Below are positions 1 through 9,875 of a stretch of 64,000 nt of DNA, piece by piece (position 1 is the stretch's first letter; each line of letters starts with the position of its first letter). The stretch spans positions 32,001 through 96,000 of the forward strand of contig OZ244065.1 in the NCBI GenBank assembly GCA_965215505.1, given 5' to 3'. A program made the position numbers and the translations under genes. This DNA is from Capsulimonadaceae bacterium (GTDB lineage Bacteria; Armatimonadota; Armatimonadia; Armatimonadales; Capsulimonadaceae). The notes beneath the pieces were generated by a model. It did no database searches and was not told the origin of the DNA. It saw only the letters and a program-made list of their open reading frames with translations.

Positions 1-645
1 GCGGACGTCGGCGATCCACCGCCCGTCCGCATCCAGTTCCGGGGGCAGGTAGCCTTCCGTCCCGTACAACTCCGTGGGGGCGTCGCGCTCGTGGCCCGCC
101 CCGAAATACTGCGCCGCGCCGAAGTCCAGCAGGCACAAATGCCCCTGGGGGGTGATGCGGATGTTGGCGGGCTTGAGGTCGTGGTGGACGATCTGGCGTG
201 CGTGCAGGAAGGCCAGGGCGTCGCACAGGCTGACCGACCATTTCAGCACCCACTCGCGGGTGAGGGGGTGCCGCCGGGCGATGATGTCGTCGAGCGTCTT
301 GCCGACGATGAACTCCTGGGCGATGTAGAAGTGGGCGTCGCTCTGGAACGCCTCGTAGAAGGTCGGCATGAGCGGGTGGGGGCTGGCCTGCATCCCGACC
401 AGGCGCTCCCGGTCGAAGAGCGCCTTCAAGGGGGCTTGGTCGCGCGGGTGGCGGGCGGGGAAGAACTCCTTGAGGGCGATCTGCCGGCCGGGCGTCTCAG
501 GGTCATGAGCCAGGTAGACCGCCCCATAGGCGCCCAGGCCTACCATGCGCTCGATGACGTACCGCGTGTGGTGCCCCGGCACTTCCTCGCCGGGGGCCAG
601 CAGCATCACGTCTTCATATCGCTTCCGCTTCGCCAAATTTCCCAT
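1..645 (-). CDS. Ser/Thr protein kinase (Hanks type), N-terminal part; runs off the window start
   Basis: Manual minus-strand translation from ATG 645: MGNLAKRK...GLGAYGAVY (Gly loop), ALKEF, HHDLKPANI, LLDFG, GTEGYLPPE. Not in the ORF track. Confidence 0.93.
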   Translation of the reverse strand, partial: MGNLAKRKRYEDVMLLAPGEEVPGHHTRYVIERMVGLGAYGAVYLAHDPETPGRQIALKEFFPARHPRDQAPLKALFDRERLVGMQASPHPLMPTFYEAFQSDAHFYIAQEFIVGKTLDDIIARRHPLTREWVLKWSVSLCDALAFLHARQIVHHDLKPANIRITPQGHLCLLDFGAAQYFGAGHERDAPTELYGTEGYLPPELDADGRWIADVR

Positions 646-662
646 TCCCTCGCCGACAGGAC

Positions 663-691
663 TTGACAATCCCTTCCGGTTTGGGTATTAT
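663..691 (+). promoter_or_regulatory. sigma70-type promoter upstream of tRNA-Glu
   Basis: TTGACA (663-668), 17-bp spacer, TATTAT (686-691). Confidence 0.75.
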
Positions 692-740
692 ACCCCCCGT
701 GACGTAAAAGGGTTCCGCCCGCTGCGTTCCGCTAGTTTCA

Positions 741-812
741 GGCCCCATCGTTTAACGGTTAGGACAGCGCCCTCTCACGGCGTAAATCGCAGTTCGATTC
801 TGCGTGGGGTCA
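741..812 (+). tRNA. tRNA-Glu (anticodon CTC), CCA not encoded
   Basis: Cloverleaf: acceptor GGCCCCA/TGGGGTC, anticodon arm GCGCC-CTCTCAC-GGCGT, T arm CGCAG-TTCGATT-CTGCG, discriminator A. Confidence 0.95.
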
Positions 813-902
813 GTCATATGTCTACTATAATCTCCCGCAGGCTCCCGTGCCGTGGGAGATTTCTCTTTTGATGCTCCGTCTCACGCACCTGGAACTGCCC
901 CC

Positions 903-1403
903 ATGGACCGACTGTACGCGCCCTGGCGCATGGCCTACGTTGAACAGCCCTCCGCGCCCGCCCCGGACGCCACCGGCTGCGTCTTCTGCGACAAGGCGGC
1001 CTCGACGGACGATGTCGCCAGCCTCATCGTTCATCGGGGCAAGGCCTGCTTCGTCCTCCTCAACCTGTTCCCCTACAACAACGGACATTTGATGGTGGTC
1101 CCGTACCTGCACACGGCGACTCTAGACGACCTGGACGCGGAGGCGACGCTGGAGATGCTGACGCTGGCCAAGGCGGCGCAGGCGGCTCTCGCGAAGGCGA
1201 TGCACCCGGAGGGCTACAATCTGGGTATGAACCTGGGAACGGCGGCGGGGGCGGGCATCGCGGATCACCTGCACCTGCACGTCGTCCCGCGCTGGAACGG
1301 GGACACGAATTTCATGCCGGTCCTGGCCGACGTCAAGGTGCTGCCGGACGCACTGGAAAATAGCTGCCGCAAACTGCGCGAGGCGTGGGCCTCTCTGGGA
1401 TAG
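903..1403 (+). CDS. HIT family protein (Ap4A phosphorylase/hydrolase-like)
   Basis: MDRLYAPWR start, CVFC, LNLFPYNNGHLMVVP, AGAGIADHLHLHVVPRW histidine triad. Confidence 0.93.
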   Translation: MDRLYAPWRMAYVEQPSAPAPDATGCVFCDKAASTDDVASLIVHRGKACFVLLNLFPYNNGHLMVVPYLHTATLDDLDAEATLEMLTLAKAAQAALAKAMHPEGYNLGMNLGTAAGAGIADHLHLHVVPRWNGDTNFMPVLADVKVLPDALENSCRKLREAWASLG

Positions 1404-1418
1404 GAAGGGTGGACGGGG

Positions 1419-2066
1419 ATGGCGGAGGCGGACTTGACGCAAAAGGGGCGTCTCATTCTGGAAATGGCGGAGCAGGCGAGCGTCTGCCCGGCCTGCGACC
1501 TGTCACAGACGCGCAACAAAGTGGTCTTCGGCGACGGCAACGCGGACAGCCCCCTGATGCTGATCGGCGAGGGGCCGGGTCAGAACGAGGACGCGACCGG
1601 CCTGCCGTTCGTCGGGCGCGCGGGGACACTGCTCGACGAGTGCCTGCGGGACGCCGGGATGCTGCGGAAGCACATCTACCTGACCAATGTCGTCAAGTGC
1701 CGCCCGACTCTGGAGGAGATGGGCCGGATAAAGAACCGCCCGCCGCGCGCCGATGAGAGCGGGACCTGTATCCCCCTCTGGCTGGAGAAGCAGATCGCCG
1801 TCGTCCAGCCCCTCGTCATCCTCTGCCTCGGCGCACCCGCCGCCAGCGCCGTCATCCACAAGAACTTCAAGATGACCCAGGAGCGCGGTCAGTGGTTCGA
1901 GAGCAAATACGTCCGCTACGCCATGGCCGCCCTGCACCCCGCCTACATCCTGCGCCAGGAAGGCGAGGCTTACGATCAGGCGAAACAGTTCCTCGTCCAG
2001 GACCTGATCGCCGCCCGTGATAAGGCCAAGACGGCCAAGGCCGAGCCAAAGATGACTCTGTTCTGA
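1419..2066 (+). CDS. Uracil-DNA glycosylase, family 4 (4Fe-4S)
   Basis: CPACDL, IGEGPG, PFVGRAG, NVVKCRP, HPAYILR motifs. Confidence 0.93.
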   Translation: MAEADLTQKGRLILEMAEQASVCPACDLSQTRNKVVFGDGNADSPLMLIGEGPGQNEDATGLPFVGRAGTLLDECLRDAGMLRKHIYLTNVVKCRPTLEEMGRIKNRPPRADESGTCIPLWLEKQIAVVQPLVILCLGAPAASAVIHKNFKMTQERGQWFESKYVRYAMAALHPAYILRQEGEAYDQAKQFLVQDLIAARDKAKTAKAEPKMTLF

Positions 2067-2092
2067 GGCCCCCCCGCCCCAGCCGGACGTCG

Positions 2093-2335
2093 CTACTTCG
2101 TCTGCTTGGCGTATTTGGCGGGGTGCTTGTCGAACAGGCGCTTGCAGTTGGACGTACAGAAGTAGTACGTTTTGCCCTGATAGGTGCTTTTCCCGACGGC
2201 GGCCTTCTGCGATGGCACGGGGAGCCTCGTCACGGGGCAGACGATGCCGGAGGCCGTGCAGACGGCAGGAGACGCCAGGGTGAGTGCCATCAGGAACCCG
2301 CCATACGCCGCTCGAATCTTAAAACTTCTGTTCAT
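2093..2335 (-). CDS. Small exported YHS-domain protein
   Basis: Signal peptide from MNRSF, then CPVT...YQGKTYYFCTSNCKRLFDKHPAKY. Confidence 0.85.
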   Translation of the reverse strand: MNRSFKIRAAYGGFLMALTLASPAVCTASGIVCPVTRLPVPSQKAAVGKSTYQGKTYYFCTSNCKRLFDKHPAKYAKQTK

Positions 2336-2375
2336 TGGTTGACCTTCCTGCTCCGTCGATCCGCACTCCGCCGGC

Positions 2376-4382
2376 CTATGCCGCCATTCGGAGAGCGGCG
2401 GGATCGGTCGCAGCCTCCAAGGGGAACTGCCGCACCAGTTCATTCAAATAGACTGTCATCGTATTCAGGCGCAGGGCGGCCTCGTTGATCTCCTGAATGC
2501 TGCCCGTCTGCGACTCGACCGTGACGGAAACATTCCGCGCCTGCGCGGTCACCGCTTCCGATGCACTGTCCAGGACCTTCAGCACCTGCTCGTTGTCCCC
2601 TGTCGCCGCGTGCATCGTGTCCATCGTCGCCTGGACGGTCTGCATGGCGGCAGCCATAGTCACCGCCGTGATCCGGGCGGCCTTGACCTCGGAGGCGACG
2701 GATTGGGCGGCAGACTGGATCGAGGAGAGCGCCGCGCTGGCTTCTTGACTGCGCGCGGCACCTGCGGCGACCTCCTTGGTCATGGCTCCGATGGCCTGAA
2801 TGGATGCATCGACTTCGGCACGGATGCCGTCAACCAGGTCTGAAATCTCTCGGGTGGCGGTCGTCGAGCGTTCCGCCAGCTTGCGGACCTCGCTGGCGAC
2901 CACGGCGAACCCGCGGCCCCGCTCGCCGGCGTGCGCCGCCTCGATGGCGGCGTTCAGGGCGAGGAGGCTGGTCTGGCCGGCGATGTCGTCAATGGTTTCC
3001 ACGATCGAGCCGATCTGGCCGCTTTTGCGTCCCAGCTCGACCACCGTGAGTGAGGAGTGGTCCACCTGCTTCCGGATGCGCGCCATGCTCGCGAGGGTTT
3101 GGGTGACCGCTTCCCCGCCGGCCACGGCGATGTCGGCGGCGCGCTCGGCCGAAGCGGCCGTCTGCTGGGCCGAGTGAGCCACCAAACGGGCGGCCTCCCC
3201 CGCCTCGCGTATTCCCTCCCCCGCCTGCTCGACCGCCCGACGCTGGGACACCGAGACGGCAAGCATCGTCGCCGTGGCGCGGACGGACTCGGCGATGGAG
3301 GACGTCACCTCGTCCATGGCATGGGCGACCTGACCGGCCACGCCGCTCGCGTGTGAGGCGGAGGAGGAGAGCTGCCCGCTCGTCTGGGCGACGGTGTCCG
3401 CGCCGGCGCTCACTTGTGTCATGAGGTGGCGCAGTTTCCCGATCACGGCATCCAGCGATGACCTCGCTTCCTCAAGCGCGCGCGTCCGCTCCTCTACGCG
3501 GCTCTCCAGGGTCTCGTTCGCCTGCCGGATGACACCGGCGCTCTTGTTGAGCTGGATCAGGAACCCGGCGACACAGGCCAGCAGCAGGGCGCAGAACAGG
3601 CCCAGAGCCAGGTCGTAAGCGTTGCTGCGTTCCTGGCGGGCATGATAGAGCGCCTGGTCCGCCTGGAACAGCCCGTCGTTCTGCCGGCCGGCCGGCAGGG
3701 TCACGATCTGGTCGAGGAGGCCATCCACGGCGGCGCGCTGGGTCAGGATCAGGCGCGCGTGGGCGAGCAGCAGGTCAAGGTCAGGCTGGGAGTCCTTCGG
3801 GAACCGGGGGCGCGCTTTGTCCAGCCCATCGGCCAGGCTCAGAATTTCGGCCTCGCCGCCCTTCGCGTTCCCGGAATCGTAGATCAAGACCTTGCGGAGA
3901 AGCTTGTCCGCCTGCGCCGCGCCGCCCGTCCCCCGCACGCCGTCGGCGTTCCGGATGCCGTCTTCCAGCACCGGCAGATAAGCCACCGAGTTCTTGAGGA
4001 TGGCGTTCTTGGATTTGAAGTCCTCGATCAACTGCTGCTGCCGCGAAATGGTGTCCAAGTACTCCCGTAACGGCGCGTCGAGCCTGCCCGACGGATACAG
4101 GACGTGGGCGTCTCCGGGAAGGCGAACCGCCGCCGCGCTCAGGTCTTCGGAGGTGGAGACGACCGGGTCATAGTTGGTCAGCAGGGAGAAACGCAGTTCA
4201 AGCGCCTCCTGAGTCAGAAGTCCATCCTGCTCTTTCATCCGGCGGAGATCATCCACGAGCCGCGTGTGTTCAGCCATCTGGCCCGTCCGGGAATTGGCGA
4301 ACAGGAAGCCAAGCAGCGCAAGCGCCATGATGCTCAGGGACCACCACTTCAGGTGCGCCTTTGTCTTGCCTCTTTCGCTCAT
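2376..4382 (-). CDS. Methyl-accepting chemotaxis protein with DAHL-like periplasmic sensor
   Basis: Two TM helices flanking a [21 protein letters not shown]-like region; MCP hairpin [40 protein letters not shown]. Confidence 0.92.
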   Translation of the reverse strand: MSERGKTKAHLKWWSLSIMALALLGFLFANSRTGQMAEHTRLVDDLRRMKEQDGLLTQEALELRFSLLTNYDPVVSTSEDLSAAAVRLPGDAHVLYPSGRLDAPLREYLDTISRQQQLIEDFKSKNAILKNSVAYLPVLEDGIRNADGVRGTGGAAQADKLLRKVLIYDSGNAKGGEAEILSLADGLDKARPRFPKDSQPDLDLLLAHARLILTQRAAVDGLLDQIVTLPAGRQNDGLFQADQALYHARQERSNAYDLALGLFCALLLACVAGFLIQLNKSAGVIRQANETLESRVEERTRALEEARSSLDAVIGKLRHLMTQVSAGADTVAQTSGQLSSSASHASGVAGQVAHAMDEVTSSIAESVRATATMLAVSVSQRRAVEQAGEGIREAGEAARLVAHSAQQTAASAERAADIAVAGGEAVTQTLASMARIRKQVDHSSLTVVELGRKSGQIGSIVETIDDIAGQTSLLALNAAIEAAHAGERGRGFAVVASEVRKLAERSTTATREISDLVDGIRAEVDASIQAIGAMTKEVAAGAARSQEASAALSSIQSAAQSVASEVKAARITAVTMAAAMQTVQATMDTMHAATGDNEQVLKVLDSASEAVTAQARNVSVTVESQTGSIQEINEAALRLNTMTVYLNELVRQFPLEAATDPAALRMAA

Positions 4383-5425
4383 TTCGGGTTCTCCGGTTGT
4401 TTCGGACTGTCTGGCTGCTTCCCGGTGGTGCTATTAAGGAATCCGACGATCTGGACAAGCTCCTTGGGCTCCAGGGGATGGCCCAATTGGTACATCGCCA
4501 TGACCTCGACGGCTTGGGGAAGGGTGGTCGCCGAGCCGTCGTGGAAGTAGGGCGCGGTGAGGGCGACGTTACGCAGGCTCGGAACCCGGAAGACGTGTTT
4601 GTCGCTCTCGCGGCCGGTGACGGCGTACCGCCCGAGGTCGGCATCGGTCTCGTGGCCTCGGGCGGCGAAGTAGTCGCCCATGACGCCGAACTTCTGGAAC
4701 ATGTTGCCGCCGATGTTGGCTCCCTGATGGCAGGAGACGCAGCCGTCCTGCTTGAAGAGGAGATACCCTTGCTTTTCGTCGGCGCTCAAAGCTGCCCGGT
4801 CTCCGCGCAGGTAGCGGTCGAAGCGGCTGTCCGGGGTGAGCAGCGAACGCTCATAGGTCGCGATCGCGTCGCGGACGTTCCGGGGATGAAGCCCGTCCGG
4901 GTACAGCGCCGCAAAGGCCGCCCGGTATTTGGAGTCCCGGCGCAGTTTGCCCATGATCTCGTCCCAATCGGACCCCATCTCTTTGGGATTGTGTGTCGGG
5001 CCGTTGACCTGGTCTTCCAGGGTGTTCGCCCGCCCGTTCCAGAACTGCCTGTAGTTGAGGCCGCTGTTGAGGACCGTCGGCGCGTTGACCCCGCCGAGCG
5101 CGCCCCCGATGCCGACGGAGTGGGTCAGCTGGTCGGTCCCGCCCTTGCCCAGAGCGTGACAGCCGGCACAGGAGAGGGTGTCGTCATGGGAAAGGCGCTT
5201 GTCCTGAAAGAGTTGAGCGCCGAGTGCGACCTTAGCGGCATCCAGCTCAACTCTTTCGGGTATCGGCTGGATAGGTTCTTCCAGAATGTGGGCGCTCGGC
5301 TGGAGGTCGGCGGACAGCGGCGTCCACGCCTGGGCCGGTTTGGGCTTGGGCAGCAGGAAGAAAGTCGCCGCCAGGAGTATCAGAAAAGCCGAGGTCGTCA
5401 GCAGGAGAAAGATCGGTCTTTTCAT
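4379..5425 (-). CDS. Di-heme cytochrome c peroxidase (CCP/MauG family)
   Basis: CAGCH and CVSCH heme motifs, [34 protein letters not shown]-terminal signal/anchor. Confidence 0.93.
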   Translation of the reverse strand: MKRPIFLLLTTSAFLILLAATFFLLPKPKPAQAWTPLSADLQPSAHILEEPIQPIPERVELDAAKVALGAQLFQDKRLSHDDTLSCAGCHALGKGGTDQLTHSVGIGGALGGVNAPTVLNSGLNYRQFWNGRANTLEDQVNGPTHNPKEMGSDWDEIMGKLRRDSKYRAAFAALYPDGLHPRNVRDAIATYERSLLTPDSRFDRYLRGDRAALSADEKQGYLLFKQDGCVSCHQGANIGGNMFQKFGVMGDYFAARGHETDADLGRYAVTGRESDKHVFRVPSLRNVALTAPYFHDGSATTLPQAVEVMAMYQLGHPLEPKELVQIVGFLNSTTGKQPDSPKQPENPK

Positions 5426-5637
5426 CGCGCCCTCATAGATGTTGCCCTGGCTGATGTAGTGCCCTGGCTGATAGTTCTAAAAGGGATTATGGGCGTTTCA
5501 ATGATAAACTGTAGTACGTCCGTATTGGCGGCGGCCGGCCTGGACATCCCGCCGTCGGTGATGGAGGGAAACGCCGCGCCAATGCCGAACTCAGAACCAA
5601 TCGTACCCTCAGAAGCTGAACTGGAGATGACACCGTA

Positions 5638-6468
5638 TTGAGCGACGCATACCGACTCGCCGCCATTGACCTGGACGGCACGCTGCTCGGCAGCGACCAT
5701 GCCCTCAGTCCGGGCAACGCCGCCGCCGTCCGGCGGGCGGCGTCTGCCGGCGCGAAGATCGTCCTCGCCTCGGGCCGTCAGTGGCGCACGATTGACGCAT
5801 TCGCCGGGCAGCTCGATCTGCCGCCCGAGGCACCCATCATCGCCTATAACGGCGCGATGATCCGCACGCACGGCGGCGAAACGTGGTTCCACCAGCCCCT
5901 TCCCGCCGAGGCTTCCGAGGCCATCGTCCGCTACTGCGTCGCGAACGGCTACCACCTCAACCTCTACCACGACGACACGCTTTATGTCCAGAATGACACC
6001 GTCTGGGGGCGACTCTACCGTGAGCGGACCGGCACGGTTCCGCACATCACCGATCTGGCGCGGTTCGACGGCGAGCGGCCCACCAAGCTGCTGCTGATCG
6101 ACACATTGGAAACCACGAATCGCCTGCTGGTCCACTTCCAGGCCGAGTTCGGCCGGTCGCTCTACATCACCAAGACCGAGGACGAGTTTTTGGAGTTCAT
6201 GGACCCGGACATCAACAAGGGCGCGGCGCTGAAGGAGACTGCCGAGCGGTTGGGCGTGACGGCGGCGCAGTGCGTGGCCTTCGGCGACTCCTACAATGAC
6301 CTCGCGATGGTCGAGTGGGCGGGCATGGGCGTCGCGATGGGGAACGCGCGGGCCGAGCTAAAGGCGGTCGCCGAGCGCGTCGCCCCGACCGCCGACGAGG
6401 ACGGCGTCGGCGCGGTGCTGGACCAGCTCTTCCCGGTCCAGGACCAGCTCTTCCCGGTCCATCCATAG
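5638..6468 (+). CDS. Cof-type HAD-IIB hydrolase
   Basis: DLDGTLL, ASGR, NKG, FGDSYNDLAM, AMGNA. Confidence 0.93.
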   Translation: MSDAYRLAAIDLDGTLLGSDHALSPGNAAAVRRAASAGAKIVLASGRQWRTIDAFAGQLDLPPEAPIIAYNGAMIRTHGGETWFHQPLPAEASEAIVRYCVANGYHLNLYHDDTLYVQNDTVWGRLYRERTGTVPHITDLARFDGERPTKLLLIDTLETTNRLLVHFQAEFGRSLYITKTEDEFLEFMDPDINKGAALKETAERLGVTAAQCVAFGDSYNDLAMVEWAGMGVAMGNARAELKAVAERVAPTADEDGVGAVLDQLFPVQDQLFPVHP

Positions 6469-7506
6469 GACGAGCAGGAAGTGCGGGAACGTCAGGGCCG
6501 CGATCAGCGACAGGTAGAGGTACACGAAAGCCCCCGCCGTGACGTGGGCGCGTCCGTGCCACCAGAACAGGGCCGCCAGCATCGCCAGCGCCCCGAGCGT
6601 CATCGGCAAAGCCTGCCGCGCGACTCGCAGGATGGGTCTCGCCGTCTCCCCGCGCGCCAGAAGGGCGCGGCCGGCTTCATCCAGCAGCATCAGCCGGGCG
6701 AGATGACGGGCCGAGTGCCAGACGCAGAAGTAGACGCCGACCGCCAGGATCGGCGGCACCAGGCTGAAATAGATCAGCAGCAGGCACACCTCTCCGGCAT
6801 CCCGCCGAAACCCCGGACGGTGCGCTCGCCACGACTGCCACAGGTAGGCCGCGCCGAGCGCCGCCAGTACGGCCATCCCCGCCTCCCGACCCTGTCCGCG
6901 CGGTGTCCAGGCCGGGGCCGAGCCGTACCAGCCGAGGATGCCCCCGGCGACCTGCGCGAACACCGACGGGAAGGCCAGTGCGGGCAGGACAATCGGCAGA
7001 CCGCCCCGCACGAGCCACACCGTCAGCCGCTCGCCCCAGCCCCGAGGTGCCGGCCTCCCCTCGAACGCTTCCAGAAAATAGGCGTCGCCCTGTCCCCAAT
7101 GCAGCCACGAGAACAGCAGGAAGACGGCCAGAGCCGCCGGCGGCAGAGTGTGCCAGAAGGCGAGATAGACGGCCACCAGGGACATGTATCCCAGCACGAA
7201 GAGGAGCAGATAACGCGGCGTCAGCCGGCGGCGACGCAGGAACAGCGGTGCCAGATGGTCCAAGGCTCCGTGCGGCAGGCCCAGGAAGACCATGCCGAGT
7301 AGGAACGGGAGGAACTGCCAGCGGGCGGCAAAGCCGGGCAAAAGGTGTGAGAGGAGCAGCACGGCCAGCAGCGTCCCCCAAGCGGGGTAGGTCAGCCACC
7401 TTCGGAGACGTCTGACGGCCTGGTTCGGGGCCGGAGCGTCCGGGCCGCCGCCAGGAGGAACGGCCCCAGCGGGAGGCTCCGGATGATCTGCGAATCGCTG
7501 TGCCAT
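6358..7506 (-). CDS. blh: Brp/Blh beta-carotene 15,15'-dioxygenase (retinal synthesis)
   Basis: GLPHGALDH, HWGQGD, WHSARH and LTFPH His motifs; multiple TMs; GGAGG 7 nt before ATG 7506; next to crtY and rhodopsins. Confidence 0.92.
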   Translation of the reverse strand: MAQRFADHPEPPAGAVPPGGGPDAPAPNQAVRRLRRWLTYPAWGTLLAVLLLSHLLPGFAARWQFLPFLLGMVFLGLPHGALDHLAPLFLRRRRLTPRYLLLFVLGYMSLVAVYLAFWHTLPPAALAVFLLFSWLHWGQGDAYFLEAFEGRPAPRGWGERLTVWLVRGGLPIVLPALAFPSVFAQVAGGILGWYGSAPAWTPRGQGREAGMAVLAALGAAYLWQSWRAHRPGFRRDAGEVCLLLIYFSLVPPILAVGVYFCVWHSARHLARLMLLDEAGRALLARGETARPILRVARQALPMTLGALAMLAALFWWHGRAHVTAGAFVYLYLSLIAALTFPHFLLVLWMDREELVLDREELVQHRADAVLVGGRGDALGDRL

Positions 7507-8594
7507 GTGCCGGCCTCCGAAAGAAAAGCGGTCAATGCCTCGGGCGGGACGTGGGCGAAGAGCCGCTGGAAATGGCCTGGGAATGCGCCTGGGTCGTCCC
7601 GCAGAGCGCGCAGGAAGACGGCGTCGAAGAAGCGGTAGCGGGCCGGGGCGGGCCGCTCACGGAACCGATCCAGTGTCCCGGCCGCCGCCGCGTCGGCGAT
7701 CTGCCGGCACTGTTCCTGGATGCGCGCGAACGTGTACCCGCTGGAGGGCTTGGTACACCCGCCCGCCGTGCCGATGAAGAACACGCGCCCGTCGCGCTTG
7801 GGGAAGGGCCGCATCGTCATCGGGATGGCCCCGGCTTCCTCGCGCGTAACCGCATATTCGGTCACGCCGCGCTGCCGCGTGAGGTGCGCCGAGATCTGCG
7901 CCCGGTGCTGTTCCGGCGTCTGCCTCGCCGCCCGGCTGTCCTGGATGTAGGTGTCCTCGACCAGAGCCTCTGTGGGGGAGAAAGGGAGAGTGTAGAGGAA
8001 GTGCAGGCCGTCCGACTGCGACACCCGGAAGTCCATCAGCGTACAGCGCGTGGAATCAAATTGGGGCGTCTCCGTTCGGACGAATTGCCCGAAGAATCTC
8101 TGCGTCAGGGCATCGCCGTCCTCGGGACATGAGCGTAGTCGGCTGTCGAAGACGTAGTCGGCCGGGTAGATCGCGCCTCCTGCCCGCACCACGGCATGGC
8201 CCGGCGTGGCGTCGCATGACTCCACGGGGCAGCCCAGAGCGAGCGTGACATTGCCCGACCGGCCGATTTCTTCCACGACATGGGCATAGAAGTCCCTGCT
8301 GTGGAGGCAGGCGTAGCCGACGGAGGGTGACGTCTGGGTCGCCGCCCGGCCCGCCGCGTCGAAGACATCCCAGCGGTGCCAGCAATGGGCCGCGAGGTCG
8401 GTGAACGGGGTGGGGCAGGTGTCCCAGAAACACCAGGTCCGGTCGTCGGCAAACGCCGCCTTACGGTCCAGGATCAGGATCGGGTCTTGGATGCCGCGTT
8501 GCAGGAGATAATGGCAGAGGCTCAACCCCGCCGCTCCTGCGCCGAGGATGATGTATCTGTACCGGGTTCCGGCGGTGGCCACGGGGGCCGTCAC
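7392..8594 (-). CDS. crtY: Lycopene beta-cyclase (CrtY family)
   Basis: GAGAAGLS FAD motif, DRTWCFW, LMDFRV, FLYTLPFS, EAGAIPM, GGCTKPSSGYTF. Confidence 0.9.
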   Translation of the reverse strand: MTAPVATAGTRYRYIILGAGAAGLSLCHYLLQRGIQDPILILDRKAAFADDRTWCFWDTCPTPFTDLAAHCWHRWDVFDAAGRAATQTSPSVGYACLHSRDFYAHVVEEIGRSGNVTLALGCPVESCDATPGHAVVRAGGAIYPADYVFDSRLRSCPEDGDALTQRFFGQFVRTETPQFDSTRCTLMDFRVSQSDGLHFLYTLPFSPTEALVEDTYIQDSRAARQTPEQHRAQISAHLTRQRGVTEYAVTREEAGAIPMTMRPFPKRDGRVFFIGTAGGCTKPSSGYTFARIQEQCRQIADAAAAGTLDRFRERPAPARYRFFDAVFLRALRDDPGAFPGHFQRLFAHVPPEALTAFLSEAGTWHSDSQIIRSLPLGPFLLAAARTLRPRTRPSDVSEGG

Positions 8595-8603
8595 TTTCTA
8601 AAG

Positions 8604-8631
8604 GAGCCGCCCGTCCGGAAGCGGGCGGCTC
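8604..8631 (-). terminator. GC hairpin between rhodopsin 1 and crtY (weak terminator or attenuator)
   Basis: GAGCCGCCCG-loop-CGGGCGGCTC followed by CTTT on the minus strand. Confidence 0.55.
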
Positions 8632-8651
8632 TCGGCCTGATGGGCAGGGAG

Positions 8652-9518
8652 TCAGCGCGTTTGGCCCTCCGGGTGGCCCGTACCCGCATTGATGCGGAGG
8701 CTTCCTGAGCCGTCGGCGTCCTGCGGCAGCCGCTCCGGACTCTCCAGATCGTCCCCGGACAGTGCTTTGACCGCGAGATAGGCAGTCACGCCGAATCCCA
8801 CCTTGTTGATCACGTCCCCAACCGAAGAAGCGACGTTGAACCAGTCCAGGTTGATGCCCCACGAGAGGTGCGAAGCCGACAAACCCTCGAACCAGTAGAC
8901 GATGGGGTAGATGCCCCACAGGCTGACGAGGTACAGGTTCATTGATTTGATCCCGTGCCGGATCGGGAGCGGCTGCGACGCGGCTAGCCGGCTGCCCTCG
9001 GTCAGCAGCAGGTACAGGATCACGGCATAGCCGAGCGTGGAGATTGTACCCCAAATGTAGTGCGCCTGGATAGCGCCCGCTGTGCCGGGGAACCAGTGGC
9101 CATGAAGGGTGGTCCCGTACAGTTCCCCGATGAAGCCCGTCACGATCATGAACAGGTCGGCAAGGATCAGCTTCCAGGCGAAGGCGAAGCCGCGCACCTT
9201 CAGCATCTCCGGGTACTTCAGCAGCAGGAGCGGCGTCGTCACCGTCCAGTCCACATACCGGACGTCCGTCGGGAACGGTCTGTCCGGCGCGTACTGGGCG
9301 GTGAGGTAGTAGTAGGCCACGGCGGCGACCCCGCAGATCATGGCCGAAGTGACCATGGTGCCACGGTAGGCGGGCAGGATTTTCTCACGTTCGGAGAGGA
9401 AGAAGACGAAGGCCGCACCGAGCGCGAACATGGCGGTGAAGAGGCTGTAATGCACGAACGCCTCCGAAGTCGTCCAGTGCGTGACGGCGTTGTCGAGACC
9501 TACATGGTCAAGGCCCAT
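8652..9518 (-). CDS. Microbial rhodopsin 1, DTK motif (Exiguobacterium ESR-like helix C)
   Basis: Helix C PTDVRYVDWTVTTPLLLLKY (D85/T89/K96, BR numbering); helix G GDVINKVGFG with retinal Lys; 7 TM. Confidence 0.93.
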   Translation of the reverse strand: MGLDHVGLDNAVTHWTTSEAFVHYSLFTAMFALGAAFVFFLSEREKILPAYRGTMVTSAMICGVAAVAYYYLTAQYAPDRPFPTDVRYVDWTVTTPLLLLKYPEMLKVRGFAFAWKLILADLFMIVTGFIGELYGTTLHGHWFPGTAGAIQAHYIWGTISTLGYAVILYLLLTEGSRLAASQPLPIRHGIKSMNLYLVSLWGIYPIVYWFEGLSASHLSWGINLDWFNVASSVGDVINKVGFGVTAYLAVKALSGDDLESPERLPQDADGSGSLRINAGTGHPEGQTR

Positions 9519-9875
9519 CGAAAACTCTTTCTAATCAGTGCGGACCGGTGCGTTTCCGGGACGCCTGACGGCGGGAATATATGACATTGTACGCGCATGG
9601 GGCGGGCGTTAAACGTGCCGCGCTCGATGCCAAGGACCCGCCGCATCTTGTGACACACATGTTCAAGCAAGGGTTGACAGCGCCCCCCCATATGTGGTAT
9701 TTACCAGGATAGCCGTCTAGGTGGCAACGTGATAATTGCCACCCGTCATTGCCCTCCACTCGGGGCAGTAGACTTAGTCAGGAGAACACAGGTACTCGGG
9801 TAGGGAGTGCCTACGCACGGTAGCGTTTTTACCGCAGGAAGGTCTGACGTCAACTCATTTAGAAAAGGTCTCACA

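Noticed and set aside
1-645. Kinase as a PpkA-like regulator of the injection locus
   Set aside because: More than 23 kb away with no linked FHA or phosphatase gene visible; no evidence of connection.
741-812. tRNA as the integration site of an island
   Set aside because: No integrase and no duplicated tRNA 3' end noticed in the window; flanking genes are housekeeping.
5426-5637. Possible riboswitch or ncRNA upstream of the peroxidase (GCCCTGGCTGAT repeated twice)
   Set aside because: No recognisable riboswitch consensus; a short repeat alone is insufficient.
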